DNA of 64,000 nt from Candidatus Heimdallarchaeota archaeon (GTDB lineage: Archaea; Asgardarchaeota; Heimdallarchaeia; Hodarchaeales; Hodarchaeaceae). The stretch is from NCBI GenBank assembly GCA_011364965.1, contig RDOB01000003.1, positions 272,939-336,938 on the forward strand. The letters are read 5' to 3'. The notes beneath the pieces are model-generated. The model did not search any database. It saw only the letters and a program-made list of their open reading frames with translations, and was not told the DNA's origin. Shown here in pieces: positions 1 through 10,417 of this stretch (position 1 is the stretch's first letter; the number at the start of each line of letters is the position of its first letter). Both the position numbers and the translations under genes were made by a program.

Positions 1-1329
1 AATACCATTATCTGGGAATATTATTTTACTGATATGAATAATCCTTATGACATGGCTGTTAGAACTATCAGTCTTAATCAAGAAACAAAAAGAGTATTTG
101 TCGCACTGAAGTATCAGAATGGAACAGCTTTGTATTGTCTGAACATAGAAGCCGGCGAAATAATTTGGCGTTTAGACCCTTTAATTACTTATAATGAGTC
201 CAAATACCTAATTTACATAGATCCCATTGTAACTTCCGTTGGTAATACTTTAAATGCTCTCTATATAGGAGGTGAAGGGATTAATGCAGATAATCTCTCT
301 TCTCAGGAGATTCCAGATTGGATTAATACGTTTTCTGACGTTAGCTTCGGTTTTGTTTGTAAGATAGAGATTAACACCGGAAAAATCCTTTGGTTTAACG
401 CTAATTGTTCTAAAGCTGCCTCAAAAATTGAGATTGGACATTTCGCCAGTTCTAATAAATTGGAACTTGCCGCAATAACTCCTGAGGGTATAATTCTTAT
501 TGATGAAGAGACTGGAACAAAATTATGGGACTATAATCTATCAAGACAAGTTTTTTCTTATTTCTCCTATCTGTTTACAGTGGAATCAGACTCTCAGAAT
601 TATTCTGATCTACTTGTCTGTTTTTCCGATACTAATCCACGAGCAATCAAGTTGTCAGGGAACAATGGGACACTTTTATGGCTTTATGATGATTCAGCGC
701 AACCTAACTCATATTATGGCACAAAAGATGCCATTGTAGGTGAGATTTCTGCTGATGGAGTTGTCGATTTAATATTATGTAATGGTAATAAGGTTATGGC
801 GATAGATGGAGCCAATGGTTCTTTATTATGGGATCGTGTTAGCAGTGTATCGGATATAGCATTAGGTGACTTGTATTCAAATGGATCAAAAGTAATTGTG
901 GGAAAATTCGTTGAAAAACTATTTTTTATTGATGGAATGACGGGTACATCTATCAAAAAAATAGTTATAGAGGAAGGCTACATTAGTGGGTATGTATTTC
1001 TTGAAGATTTAAATACTGATGGGAAATTAGAGATCATAGTTTCCTCTTTTGGGAGTGTTATTGCCATTCTGGACGCTTCGGGGCGAATGCATCACTATAT
1101 CAAAGGCAAAGGAGTCCTCACGGATATACTAATAGTGGATGTCTTAGGGTCAGCTGATAAAGAAATTATTGCTGGAACTGTCACTTTAGGGTGGGTTGGA
1201 GTACTGGGACATGGTCTTTCTTCTGGAATAGAGCTTTTTTTCCCATTACTGGTGGGTTGTGGCAGTCTTGGCCTGCTGGGTCTACTTGGCGGGTATTTTT
1301 GGTGGTATAAGCGTAAAAAATTCACTTAA
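1..1329 (+). CDS. PQQ-like/FG-GAP beta-propeller surface protein with C-terminal membrane anchor (5'-truncated by window)
   Basis: Repeated 'G..LW' propeller blades and FG-GAP-like 'DLNTDGKLEIIV'; C-terminal hydrophobic helix plus KRKK; frame is open from base 1 upstream of ATG 34. Confidence 0.7.
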   Translation, partial: NTIIWEYYFTDMNNPYDMAVRTISLNQETKRVFVALKYQNGTALYCLNIEAGEIIWRLDPLITYNESKYLIYIDPIVTSVGNTLNALYIGGEGINADNLSSQEIPDWINTFSDVSFGFVCKIEINTGKILWFNANCSKAASKIEIGHFASSNKLELAAITPEGIILIDEETGTKLWDYNLSRQVFSYFSYLFTVESDSQNYSDLLVCFSDTNPRAIKLSGNNGTLLWLYDDSAQPNSYYGTKDAIVGEISADGVVDLILCNGNKVMAIDGANGSLLWDRVSSVSDIALGDLYSNGSKVIVGKFVEKLFFIDGMTGTSIKKIVIEEGYISGYVFLEDLNTDGKLEIIVSSFGSVIAILDASGRMHHYIKGKGVLTDILIVDVLGSADKEIIAGTVTLGWVGVLGHGLSSGIELFFPLLVGCGSLGLLGLLGGYFWWYKRKKFT

Positions 1330-1559
1330 GGCACTGGTGATGAAAATGAAAAGAGTCTATATCAGTAAAGGAGATTCTTGACTAGTTTATTCTGTAGAAA
1401 CACCTAATTGTGAATCATTAACATCCACAATAAATTAACATCCATAAAAATTTTAGTGTTGCTAAAACAAAATTACCATTGTAAGAAAGTATTCACCTCT
1501 ATGTTGAGTACTATAAACTCATCATAGAGAATTTTATATATCTCCTTGCAGAGTAGGGA

Positions 1560-2095
1560 TGAAGTATCCCCACATCAGGACAAAGATACGATTACAATTC
1601 TCAACTTGAGTGGATACGCACCTGTATTGAAGAGCACAACCTACAGAGATACTAGATTATGTGTTAGAAGTCTCGAGTGATGGAAAAATTAAAAAGATAT
1701 ATTGCAGCAGATAGGATTTCCAATAAAGGGATGAAATAAAACGCGGATATAGTACTTTATGTAGCAGATCTCGTAACGTATTCCAAGAATGAAGAGACCT
1801 TTTTCTCATTTGTTGAGGAACTCAAAGGGGAGATTTCAAGGTGGCGATCCGAATTAAGTGTATTATTGATTGTCTCTCCCCTTATTGATCTTGAAACAAC
1901 CAAGGACTTCGAAATAGTTGGAATAATACGGGAAGAGGGGGATATTACGAGTTATACAAAAAAAGTTCCTGTCCTACCTCCATTGGGGATGATAACGCGT
2001 ATAATGCGTTAGTAGAACCATATAAAGAGCGGAGTGACCTTCAAAGAGTGTTCCATCCAACTTTCCGCATCCTATTAAAATTTCTTTACGGATAA
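1560..2095 (+). pseudogene. Degraded coding remnant, weakly small-GTPase/P-loop-like
   Basis: 90-codon stop-free stretch 1740-2012 (NADIVLYVADL...EETFFSFVEELKGEI...VLLIVS) preceded by in-frame TAA at 1737; apparent continuation in another frame after A7 run at 1958-1964. Confidence 0.3.
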
Positions 2096-2442
2096 ACCAA
2101 CCTACTTTATTCCTAATTGTATTAATTAATCTCGTTTACCAACTCACCTAGTCAATCAGAAATTGATGTATTTTATTAGTTTTTCATTAATCAAAACGAC
2201 TTTCCGTGTCAATCCGTTAGGTGTTTTGCTCATTTTTATACAACTTTAATGTCCTTGAATTAATTTTGCGGAATTCAAAGGGAGCTGGTTGGTCTTATGA
2301 GTTTTAAAGGAAAGGAGTAATATCAATTAAATGGGTTTTTTCAATCTGAGGAAATCAATTTGAACGAAATTTAAACTTCGAATGTGATTCTGAAAAGCTT
2401 AAACCATTTATTACAATGGATGTACCCTGAGGAGAGCTACAT

Positions 2443-3546
2443 TTGAAAAATCAACCCGAATATGCGCAGTACTTCACCGCGACTGCGGTAGAGAGATTAC
2501 AATCTTACATCGAATCCTTAACACTCGAATGTAAGAAGTTTAATATAGCTCAGACGATTCAAGCCCAGATAATTTATGATTTTTCTAATTATCTTGTAAA
2601 TATCGGATCAGATTATCGGGATCCTCTAACAGAAGCGAATCTTGGTGCTGTTTTAAAGGATATAGGAGAACCACTTGAAGTCTTATATTCTCACAATTTA
2701 TTGATAAAATGCCACAACTGCTCTGTTTTTAATTCACTATTCGAGTCAAAATGCATCAATTGCGATACTGCAACTACAGAATCCCAACCTCTGGATATTA
2801 TAACAATATTCCTCAATGGAACACCATTAAAAGGTATATATTATACAATTCTTTCCAATAAGCTACTTCAGCTCGTCACAGCTGTCTTATTATCACTAAT
2901 TTTTGTTGCAGGTATGGTTGAAGCTTCTTTCTGGACAGGATTCTTATTTGGGGGATATTTTCTCTTATTAAGTATGAGACACCCCGATAACCGGACAAAG
3001 CTTGACTCAATTTGGGGATTTTTTCGTTTACAACTTCTTAAAGCTTTTGTTCTCCTCATTTTCTCTCTTTCGCTCTTCACTGACATTTTGATTCCGGAAT
3101 ATCCACGAATAAAGTTCTTTGACAGTCCTCTTCTGTTCCTTGGATTACTATTAATGTTTACTCTTTCTTTTTGGATTTTTCTTCCTGAACAATTCAATTC
3201 ACAGTACTTTTGTTTCCTCTATAAACAGCAACAATTGAGTTCCACGTTTGACAGACATCTTTATCTTGAAGTTGGATTTTTCATTGTGATTTGTGTTATA
3301 TACCTCCTTTCAGGGATAATTAAATCTTTTCTACCTAATTTCCTCGCTAATCTAGAGGTTCTTCAACCGACTTCTTTCATTGTCGCTTTATCAAGTCTCC
3401 TTTTCATAGATAGCATGGTTCACTTTATACTTCTTCGCACTTATATTTTCAAACAAAGAGATACCTCAAAAATAGCTTTGGTATTAAAGAGGCGAATTAA
3501 TTTTTCAACGAAAAAAAATACAAAATTCTTTAAAAGAGGAATTTGA
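2443..3546 (+). CDS. Multi-pass membrane protein with N-terminal HAAS/DUF1700-like helical domain and zinc ribbon
   Basis: 'YIESL...DIGEPLEV' HAAS-like pattern; CHNC...CINC zinc ribbon; about 6 hydrophobic segments. Confidence 0.55.
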   Translation: MKNQPEYAQYFTATAVERLQSYIESLTLECKKFNIAQTIQAQIIYDFSNYLVNIGSDYRDPLTEANLGAVLKDIGEPLEVLYSHNLLIKCHNCSVFNSLFESKCINCDTATTESQPLDIITIFLNGTPLKGIYYTILSNKLLQLVTAVLLSLIFVAGMVEASFWTGFLFGGYFLLLSMRHPDNRTKLDSIWGFFRLQLLKAFVLLIFSLSLFTDILIPEYPRIKFFDSPLLFLGLLLMFTLSFWIFLPEQFNSQYFCFLYKQQQLSSTFDRHLYLEVGFFIVICVIYLLSGIIKSFLPNFLANLEVLQPTSFIVALSSLLFIDSMVHFILLRTYIFKQRDTSKIALVLKRRINFSTKKNTKFFKRGI

Positions 3547-3552
3547 TAAAAA

Positions 3553-3830
3553 TTTCAAGAAATAGTAACATTTTTTTCCTTTTCCTCAAACTCATTAGAA
3601 ACCAATTTTAATGTTGAATTCGCTCTCAGTTTTCCGATTTCTCTTCCAGTGCTAGTAATTGATGCCTCTCTTGACCCTATTGGAAGAAAACTTATCTCTC
3701 ATTTGAAAAAAATCCTTTCATAAATCAAGCGGTAATATATCATTTTGCTTCGTGATGAGCTTTTAGCATTACTAGTGAACAACTATCCAGTAATAAAGAC
3801 TGGAATAAGTCCTAATATACCCCCTGAAGA
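3553..3830 (+). pseudogene. Possible ABC-ATPase remnant
   Basis: Translates ALSFPISLPVLVIDASLDPIGRKLISHLKKILS*IKR*YIILL, resembling the ABC Walker B/D-loop region, with two in-frame stops. Confidence 0.3.
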
Positions 3831-3855
3831 TAAAAAAAAGGGAAAAAAGGTTCCC

Positions 3856-5223
3856 TTATTGTTCCAACTTCTTTTTAGAAGCTGCTAGCACTTCATCTTC
3901 AGGATATCTGCTGAAGATAACAACCCCTAAGATAAGTAGCAAAGCAGAGAAGGGACCAATCATTAAAAGCCCTAATACTCCGTTGAAAGGTTCTGTTACA
4001 TTGTATGTCGCTCCTAGATTCCCGAGAATAAAACCCATTAATTGAACAGCGATTCCTCCTGCAAATCGGGTGAGTAATCCTTGTGAGGCAAAATGCATGG
4101 CCTCCCTTCGATTCCCTGTCACCATTTCATCGTAATCAGTAATATCAGAAATAATTGAATCAGGGAGTATCAATAGTGGAGCTGCTGGGATTCCTAGTAG
4201 CAATACAATTAGAACTACTTGAATAAACTCAAAACCGGGAATCAAACCCACAGTAAGTAATCCAGAAGTAATTACCGCCGCAATAATCATGGAATATATC
4301 GTAGCTTTCTTTTTACCAATCTTGTTAATCCAATTCATAGCTGGTACTACAGCAACAATTCCAGTTATTACGAATAGGGCAGGGATATATGAGGAAATTC
4401 CATTTTCTGTATCCCCTTTAAATACAACATGAAGACCAAAGTCTGGTAAAGCCCCTATTAGCATTGATTGAAACATGGTGGCAAAAATTGTAAATCCAAG
4501 GTAAGGTATAAAAGGTTTATTCTTGAACGTGACTTTTAATGCCTCAATAATTCCAAAAGTAGGTAATTCGATTTTTTGTTCGGGTTCCTTGACTCTGAAG
4601 GCCGCAATGTAGAAGAATATTATAAAGAGGGTTGCCAGGATAATTGATATCATCTGAGCTTTATTTGCTACTAATGCGCCTATTATTGCTCCTAAAATGT
4701 ATCCCACAAGATAAAAAGCAGTTCTATAAGTAGAAATACTTGTACGTTCTTCAGGTGTAGGACAAATTTCTGGTATCATGGCAAGATAAACGCAAACTGT
4801 AGCTGCGTAAGCTCCATTATATATTCCTGCAAAAATTGTTAACCAGATTATTGGAAAATATAAATCAGTTGCAGGGGAAGGAACAAAGAAGACTGCGACA
4901 AAACTTAAAGCAATTATTGGTGTTCCCAAGATTAACCATGGTTTTCGTCTACCAAATCGCGAAGAACTGAATTTATCGGACAACCAACCAGCAACAGGGT
5001 TCATAATTGCCTGGATCCACCACCCAATCGCCAGAGCAGTTCCTAGTAAAGTCAAAATGATAGCTTGGGTTTCTGTAGTAAGCAAATCCTGATAAACGAC
5101 GTTTTTATAAAAGTAGAACGTGAAAACAGTAAAAACTGCACCAACTAATGAATTGCCGAAAGTTGCAAGAGAATATGCTATTTTATGACCGCGCGTTGCG
5201 GAAAATATTTGATTTTGAGCCAT
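3856..5223 (-). CDS. MFS transporter, GPH (MelB/UidB) family sugar:cation symporter
   Basis: 'NPVAGWLSD...SRFGRRKPW', 'ERTSISTYR', 'DITDYDE..TGNRREA'; about 12 TMs; start taken at ATG 5223 (MAQNQ) rather than 5403. Confidence 0.88.
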   Translation of the reverse strand: MAQNQIFSATRGHKIAYSLATFGNSLVGAVFTVFTFYFYKNVVYQDLLTTETQAIILTLLGTALAIGWWIQAIMNPVAGWLSDKFSSSRFGRRKPWLILGTPIIALSFVAVFFVPSPATDLYFPIIWLTIFAGIYNGAYAATVCVYLAMIPEICPTPEERTSISTYRTAFYLVGYILGAIIGALVANKAQMISIILATLFIIFFYIAAFRVKEPEQKIELPTFGIIEALKVTFKNKPFIPYLGFTIFATMFQSMLIGALPDFGLHVVFKGDTENGISSYIPALFVITGIVAVVPAMNWINKIGKKKATIYSMIIAAVITSGLLTVGLIPGFEFIQVVLIVLLLGIPAAPLLILPDSIISDITDYDEMVTGNRREAMHFASQGLLTRFAGGIAVQLMGFILGNLGATYNVTEPFNGVLGLLMIGPFSALLLILGVVIFSRYPEDEVLAASKKKLEQ

Positions 5224-5318
5224 TTTACTAACTCCATCGAAGATGAGGACAAAAGAAACATAGTATGAGTTCATAAGATTTTTGAATGTATTAAGGAGTA
5301 TTATTCCATTAAAATTCT

Positions 5319-6365
5319 TTATTTCATAATAAGTGGATGCCAAGTGATAATAAGAGTCGTATTTGCCACAATTACGAGTTGAGATAACGTACAGAGTAAG
5401 CAAATAAACTCAATTACAAAAATTTCTAAATATAGTAAATAAAATAATGATAAAACGCCAAAAAAGCTTATAAATACGAGTATATTATATAAATTTTTTA
5501 GTATCCGTTCATTAATTGTGAGAAACCGTTCTGAAGGAAGATTAATTTTAAAAGGGACTGGTAAAAAGGCGATTAGTGATACTAGAAAGATTATGGTAAA
5601 CATCAATCCTAATCCTAACAATGCAAAGGGAATATTTATACCTAAAATCATAATATGATCATAACGCCTGAAGAGGAGGGATTTTACGATATTGGTGGTA
5701 GCACATCCACATCCTCCTTGTATATGATCCAATAATTGGTATGTCAGAGCGATAATTGAAAGAAAAGATAATGCTATTATAACCAAATAACGGGACTTAG
5801 AAATACGTACCAATAGTCTTTCTGATGTAAATTTCGAACGATATGTATATGCTCCTAATCCAGAAACGCCAAACAATATAAGATTAAACGTACCCGCTAT
5901 TAGTAATAGATCTAATTTTAGAATTTCAACCCCTGGTGATGAATTTCCTGGATCAGTTGGAACATAACCTATATCAGTTAGAATTGTGTTAAAGGTTGAT
6001 TCAATCATATCTAAATGGACAGCATCCAAAACCTCTACCTGCTCTCCCCAAGAGAATATTACCCAAGGTAGATTCCCATAGTCATTTACATTGATTTCTA
6101 ATCCAGTAATCACATTCCAGTAGACCTCAGGTTGTGTTGCAGCGTCTATTACTGTAAAATCGATTGTTTCATTATCCCGATATCTTTCATAAAAAGGTTG
6201 TATTTCTAATTCGTAAGTGGTTGCACAGATGGAACATTCAGAATATTTTATAATTATACAGTCAACAAGCGGAGAAGAATCCCCTAAAATAGATATTGGG
6301 GTTACTTGATTAAATATTATACTGCAAAAGAGAAAAAATATTAGTAAATTCCTATTTCGATTCAT
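5319..6365 (-). CDS. Thioredoxin-like + vitamin K epoxide reductase (VKOR) family fusion
   Basis: Signal peptide; CSIC thioredoxin-like domain with 'LPWV' cis-Pro; C-terminal VKOR motifs 'GINIPFALLG' and 'YLEIFVIEFICLLC'. Confidence 0.72.
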   Translation of the reverse strand: MNRNRNLLIFFLFCSIIFNQVTPISILGDSSPLVDCIIIKYSECSICATTYELEIQPFYERYRDNETIDFTVIDAATQPEVYWNVITGLEINVNDYGNLPWVIFSWGEQVEVLDAVHLDMIESTFNTILTDIGYVPTDPGNSSPGVEILKLDLLLIAGTFNLILFGVSGLGAYTYRSKFTSERLLVRISKSRYLVIIALSFLSIIALTYQLLDHIQGGCGCATTNIVKSLLFRRYDHIMILGINIPFALLGLGLMFTIIFLVSLIAFLPVPFKINLPSERFLTINERILKNLYNILVFISFFGVLSLFYLLYLEIFVIEFICLLCTLSQLVIVANTTLIITWHPLIMK

Positions 6366-6383
6366 TAATGTCCCATTGGGTGA

Positions 6384-7175
6384 TTAATTTAGCTTTTCTA
6401 AAAGCTTTTCAATAATTGGTGTGAAGTATTCAAAGTGCTCAGAGAGCCCAGTATCTTCTTTTTCTCTTATAGAAGGATCTAAAGGAATTTGACCAATTAA
6501 TTCAGTATTAAATTCAGTAGCCATCTTAATACCGCCTCCTTGCCCAAAAATATGATGAACTGATTGGCAATTTGGGCAAATAAAACTTGACATATTTTCA
6601 ATTATTCCTAGAACAGGACGATCCATTTTACGGGACATCACAAGAGACTTTCCTGTATCTAATAAACTTACTTCTTGAGGTGTAGTTACAATTACAACCC
6701 CAGACATATCAGGTATCATTTGCATGATAGAAATTGCCTCATCTCCAGTTCCTGGAGGCATATCGAAGATTAAGACTTCTAAATTACCCCAAATAAAATC
6801 AGTAAGGAATTGTCGTAGAGCTTTGATCTTTAAAGGCCCTCTCCAGACAACTGGCGTTGATTTACTTTCTAGAAAAAAGGCCATCGATACTACTTTGAGC
6901 CCTTTGGGACCTTCTACGGGTAAAAAGCTTGTCTCACTGACAGGTTCTACTCGCTTTCCGTCAATTCCTAAAATTTTTGGAATGTTCGGTCCAGAAAAAT
7001 CCAAATCTGCTATTCCGACCTTTCCAGGAAATTTTTGGGTAAAAGCGAGCGCCAAGTTAGCTGCTACTGTACTCTTACCTACTCCTCCTTTTCCGGAGAG
7101 AACAACAATTTTATATTTAATATGCTTCATTACTGAGGCAATTTCATCGTTTTGTACCTGAAGCTTTGCTTCCAT
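6384..7175 (-). CDS. apbC: Mrp/NBP35/ApbC iron-sulfur cluster carrier ATPase
   Basis: SGKGGVGKST, DMPPGTGD, VTTPQ, ENMS..CPNC; start ATG 7175 or slightly upstream. Confidence 0.93.
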   Translation of the reverse strand: MEAKLQVQNDEIASVMKHIKYKIVVLSGKGGVGKSTVAANLALAFTQKFPGKVGIADLDFSGPNIPKILGIDGKRVEPVSETSFLPVEGPKGLKVVSMAFFLESKSTPVVWRGPLKIKALRQFLTDFIWGNLEVLIFDMPPGTGDEAISIMQMIPDMSGVVIVTTPQEVSLLDTGKSLVMSRKMDRPVLGIIENMSSFICPNCQSVHHIFGQGGGIKMATEFNTELIGQIPLDPSIREKEDTGLSEHFEYFTPIIEKLLEKLN

Positions 7176-7379
7176 GGGTAATTCCTTCAATTTTAAATGA
7201 AAAAGTCCTTTAAACAAATAGATTATTCAAGTGAACACTCTGTTTATTGCATTTGTTTGTGGTTAGTAAAGAACTGGTTTTATTAAAGTAAATTCCCTTC
7301 TTTCTGTAAAAAGAGATATAAAGAATTAAATAACTTAAAAAACATTAAATTCATGAATCTATAAAAAGTTTCCTGTTAA

Positions 7380-8186
7380 ATGACCTGCGAGGCTCTCTTA
7401 ATGAACACAACATTATATTCATTAGCCCAGAAAACATTAAAATTAGTAGAGGATACATTCAAAGACATAGAAATGGAGATTAGTGACTTAACATTAGGCC
7501 TTTTTTATTCAGGATTAAAGACCAAAGCAAATGTAATGGGGATCGGTTATACATTATTGGACGAACCTATTAGTAAAAAGAAATTAGTTATTTCATTGAA
7601 GAACGATTTACTTTCACAAAAGACTCTCAAAGAGTTAGCACATTTCTCGGAAGTAGATTTAGGTATTTTTAGAACTATAAAGCTTATTGCAATAAACGCG
7701 CTTTCACAATCGATTTTAGATCTTTCAAATGCAGGTCGTAAAGATATTCTTGAGTACTGTGATTTCCAGAAAGACGAAAAAGTTGGAATGGTGGGAAATA
7801 TCCATCCTATTTCTAAAACGTTAAGGGAAATAGTAGATGAAATTTACATCCTAGATAAATTTGACCCTCCTAAGTCAGAAACTCACGTTTATTCACTTGA
7901 AAAGCTTTCAGATTTGCCAAAAGTTGATCATTTATTCATTTCTGGTTCTGCTTTAGTTTTTGATGACTTCGATGAGATTTTAACACAATTAAAAGGGATC
8001 TCGGGTGAAAGAGTTTTAGTGGGACCTTCAGCTCAAATTCTTCCTGAGATTGCCTTTGAATTAGGATTTTCTCTTATTGGGAGTTCAAGAGTTATTTATC
8101 CAGATCATATAACGCACGTAATAAAACAGGGTGGAACTTATAAAAATTTCAAGAAATTTACACAAAAGTATACCTTTATGAATTAA
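7380..8186 (+). CDS. DUF364/Rossmann-like putative metal-chelation protein
   Basis: 'AINALSQ', 'KVGMVGNIHP', 'ISGSALV', 'VGPSA' typical of DUF364 proteins. Confidence 0.75.
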   Translation: MTCEALLMNTTLYSLAQKTLKLVEDTFKDIEMEISDLTLGLFYSGLKTKANVMGIGYTLLDEPISKKKLVISLKNDLLSQKTLKELAHFSEVDLGIFRTIKLIAINALSQSILDLSNAGRKDILEYCDFQKDEKVGMVGNIHPISKTLREIVDEIYILDKFDPPKSETHVYSLEKLSDLPKVDHLFISGSALVFDDFDEILTQLKGISGERVLVGPSAQILPEIAFELGFSLIGSSRVIYPDHITHVIKQGGTYKNFKKFTQKYTFMN

Positions 8187-8644
8187 TGAAGATTATAAAG
8201 CTGTTCTTGCAACTCCATAATTTGTTTCTGTAATTCTTTAATTATCTCATCATAGGGTTTCAATAAACATAAATCTATATTTTCTATTTCTTCGGCATTT
8301 TTCCAATCTAGGTCAGGTTTGACTAAATTTGAAAAACCCCGAGGAATTACAGCAAGTCCATCTCTTATTAATTCATAAATAATTTGTAATATTATCTTTT
8401 TTTCTTCTAAGGTCTGTATACCTAAAACTTTCATAATGTATCTTAAATTTGGGGTAGATGTCTCTTTGAATGAAAGTAGTAATAATGCACGATCTGCCAA
8501 CCTCTCCATTTCAAAATTACGATCTTCAGAACCTAATATTTTCTTATCCCTAGCATTCTCTTGAAAATTCTCTTTATATAGAGTTTTCGGTTCTTCAATT
8601 TCTTTAAATTTTTTATTTCCTCTAGGTAAAGGATCATTTAACAT
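8183..8644 (-). CDS. Hypothetical protein, paralog A of local three-member family (wHTH/coiled-coil-like)
   Basis: Shares RL.DRALLLLSFK, LIR.G...P.G and IDLCLL.PYD motifs with 9182..9661 and 10418..10795. Confidence 0.8.
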   Translation of the reverse strand: MLNDPLPRGNKKFKEIEEPKTLYKENFQENARDKKILGSEDRNFEMERLADRALLLLSFKETSTPNLRYIMKVLGIQTLEEKKIILQIIYELIRDGLAVIPRGFSNLVKPDLDWKNAEEIENIDLCLLKPYDEIIKELQKQIMELQEQLYNLH

Positions 8645-8903
8645 TCTGGTTAAACCTCTTTATGTTAATTCGGATATTATGTTAACCTTCAGGATCCATC
8701 TTTCACTTGAAGTAACTCAACATCTCAAAATCAATAAAGCTATTACTTATCTCTAAATGACAAAATTTCCCAAAAATTGTCAACTTCGAATATCCTTCTA
8801 ATATATGGGTGGGTGTTACTGATGTTTTTCTCAAGACGAAACCTATGATGCAATGTAAGATTGGTGCTTTAGGTTATTCGATGTTAAATTAAGATGACGT
8901 ATT

Positions 8904-9182
8904 ATGCCAATAAGAGAACAATTTTTGGGTTTAAGCGCACCATTAGATGGGCTCTATCAGCTCATTCATTTATCAGCAAATTTATTTTCCTCTTTCGAGG
9001 TACAAAAGGATCTATGCTTCATTAGTTTAAAAACCCCTAAAGAGGTCGAAGTATCAGAAACCGAGAAATTTCAATTACTTACTTATTTTCTTGATTTAAT
9101 ACAATATTTTTCCCAAGAAAGAGTAAATTTAATCCAAGACCCCATGAATAATCAACGATTGGCCCTATCAGGAGGTTTATAG
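8904..9182 (+). CDS. Small hypothetical protein
   Basis: 92-aa ORF abutting paralog B; no recognisable motif. Confidence 0.45.
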   Translation: MPIREQFLGLSAPLDGLYQLIHLSANLFSSFEVQKDLCFISLKTPKEVEVSETEKFQLLTYFLDLIQYFSQERVNLIQDPMNNQRLALSGGL

Positions 9183-9661
9183 TGATGTATATTGAATATG
9201 TTACAATAAAGGATGAATTAACATCCTCTGGGAAAAAAAATCTTGATGTACTAAATGGAAGATTGATCGATAATATTTCGAATGATGATAAAAGGATTAG
9301 TGACAGAAAAAATGAACAAATTACTCGTTTGACAGATCGTGCTCTTCTACTACTTTCATTTAAAGATATATCAACTCAAAATTTGAAACACCTCTGGAAT
9401 GTTCTTGATATCAAAACCATTGATCAAAAACAAAACATTTTGAGAGAAATTTACAAGTTAATAAGAGAAGGAACAGTTTATGTGCCTAGGGGATTTATAC
9501 AGCTTATAGATACAAATATTCAGATAAAAATTGGCAATCAGGATAATGTAGAGGATATAGACTTATGTCTATTACGTCCATACGATAAATTAATTCGGGA
9601 GATTCAAAAAGAAATAGCAGAATTACGAACAATAGAGGAAACTCAAGTTAACAGTTACTAA
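9182..9661 (+). CDS. Hypothetical protein, paralog B of local three-member family
   Basis: Same conserved motifs; AGGAGG RBS-like sequence just upstream. Confidence 0.8.
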   Translation: MMYIEYVTIKDELTSSGKKNLDVLNGRLIDNISNDDKRISDRKNEQITRLTDRALLLLSFKDISTQNLKHLWNVLDIKTIDQKQNILREIYKLIREGTVYVPRGFIQLIDTNIQIKIGNQDNVEDIDLCLLRPYDKLIREIQKEIAELRTIEETQVNSY

Positions 9662-9707
9662 AGTAATGTTCTAACATTTTTTACCAATTTATTAGGATTT
9701 ATTTAAC

Positions 9708-10151
9708 TTGTTAAGGAATTCAATTACCTCAAATGAAGTAAAAGGAAAATCTAATTTAGAAACAGAAGAGTTACGTATTCTAAAACTGATAATAACAGAT
9801 GAAAAAGAATTAACGGAACATCAGTTAATAGCAAAATGGAAAATTTTGAAACATATGCAATCAGAGCTAGAATTACCTTCGGATGTTTCGATATTTGAGT
9901 TATTAGCGCTGTTTAAAAAATTCGAGGAAATACGAAATACATTCGGTTTAGAAACAATCAACTTCAAACAACTCAATGAGATTCTAATAAATATTGTTAC
10001 TGTTAAAGATATGCTTGACTTTCCTTCGGAAACATCAATTTCAGAAATTGTTTCAAATCTGATATTTAGAGATATAGCAAACCTAGGACTGGGAGAGAAT
10101 TCATTACTTGAGAAATTGCTCCTCCTTTATCGGTGCAAAACGATTCAATGA
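9708..10151 (+). CDS. Hypothetical helical protein with internal repeat
   Basis: LELPSDVSIFELL / LDFPSETSISEIV internal repeats. Confidence 0.6.
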   Translation: MLRNSITSNEVKGKSNLETEELRILKLIITDEKELTEHQLIAKWKILKHMQSELELPSDVSIFELLALFKKFEEIRNTFGLETINFKQLNEILINIVTVKDMLDFPSETSISEIVSNLIFRDIANLGLGENSLLEKLLLLYRCKTIQ

Positions 10152-10417
10152 ACAAACAGCCGTTTTATACGAAAAATATGTGTGAAATCGGAATTTATAA
10201 TTGGAATATGTCGGATAATTCAACGGACTCACTGTGAATTAGCGAAAGAATAGTTTTTGTTTCCTATTCGGAAAGTTAAATAAAAGACTGATAGAGGTTA
10301 TTCAATCACCACTAGATACCTAATAAAATATTATTTATAAGCACTAGAATTGTAATTTAAGTAAAGGAAAATAAGTGTTCAAATAATATTCAAATAAATA
10401 CCACCTTTTCAAGCGAA

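Noticed and set aside
5224-5403. N-terminal extension of the MFS transporter to 5403
   Set aside because: Overlaps the VKOR gene; MFS similarity begins at MAQNQ (ATG 5223)
6724-7161. Antisense and nested ORFs (e.g. 6724-7161, 12781-13221, 47511-47966, 50402-50809, 49710-49952 and other short ones)
   Set aside because: They lie within well-supported genes and carry no motifs; expected shadow ORFs
8661-8685. TATGTTAA direct repeat upstream of paralog A as an operator
   Set aside because: Short AT-rich repeat expected by chance; no convincing copy upstream of paralog C
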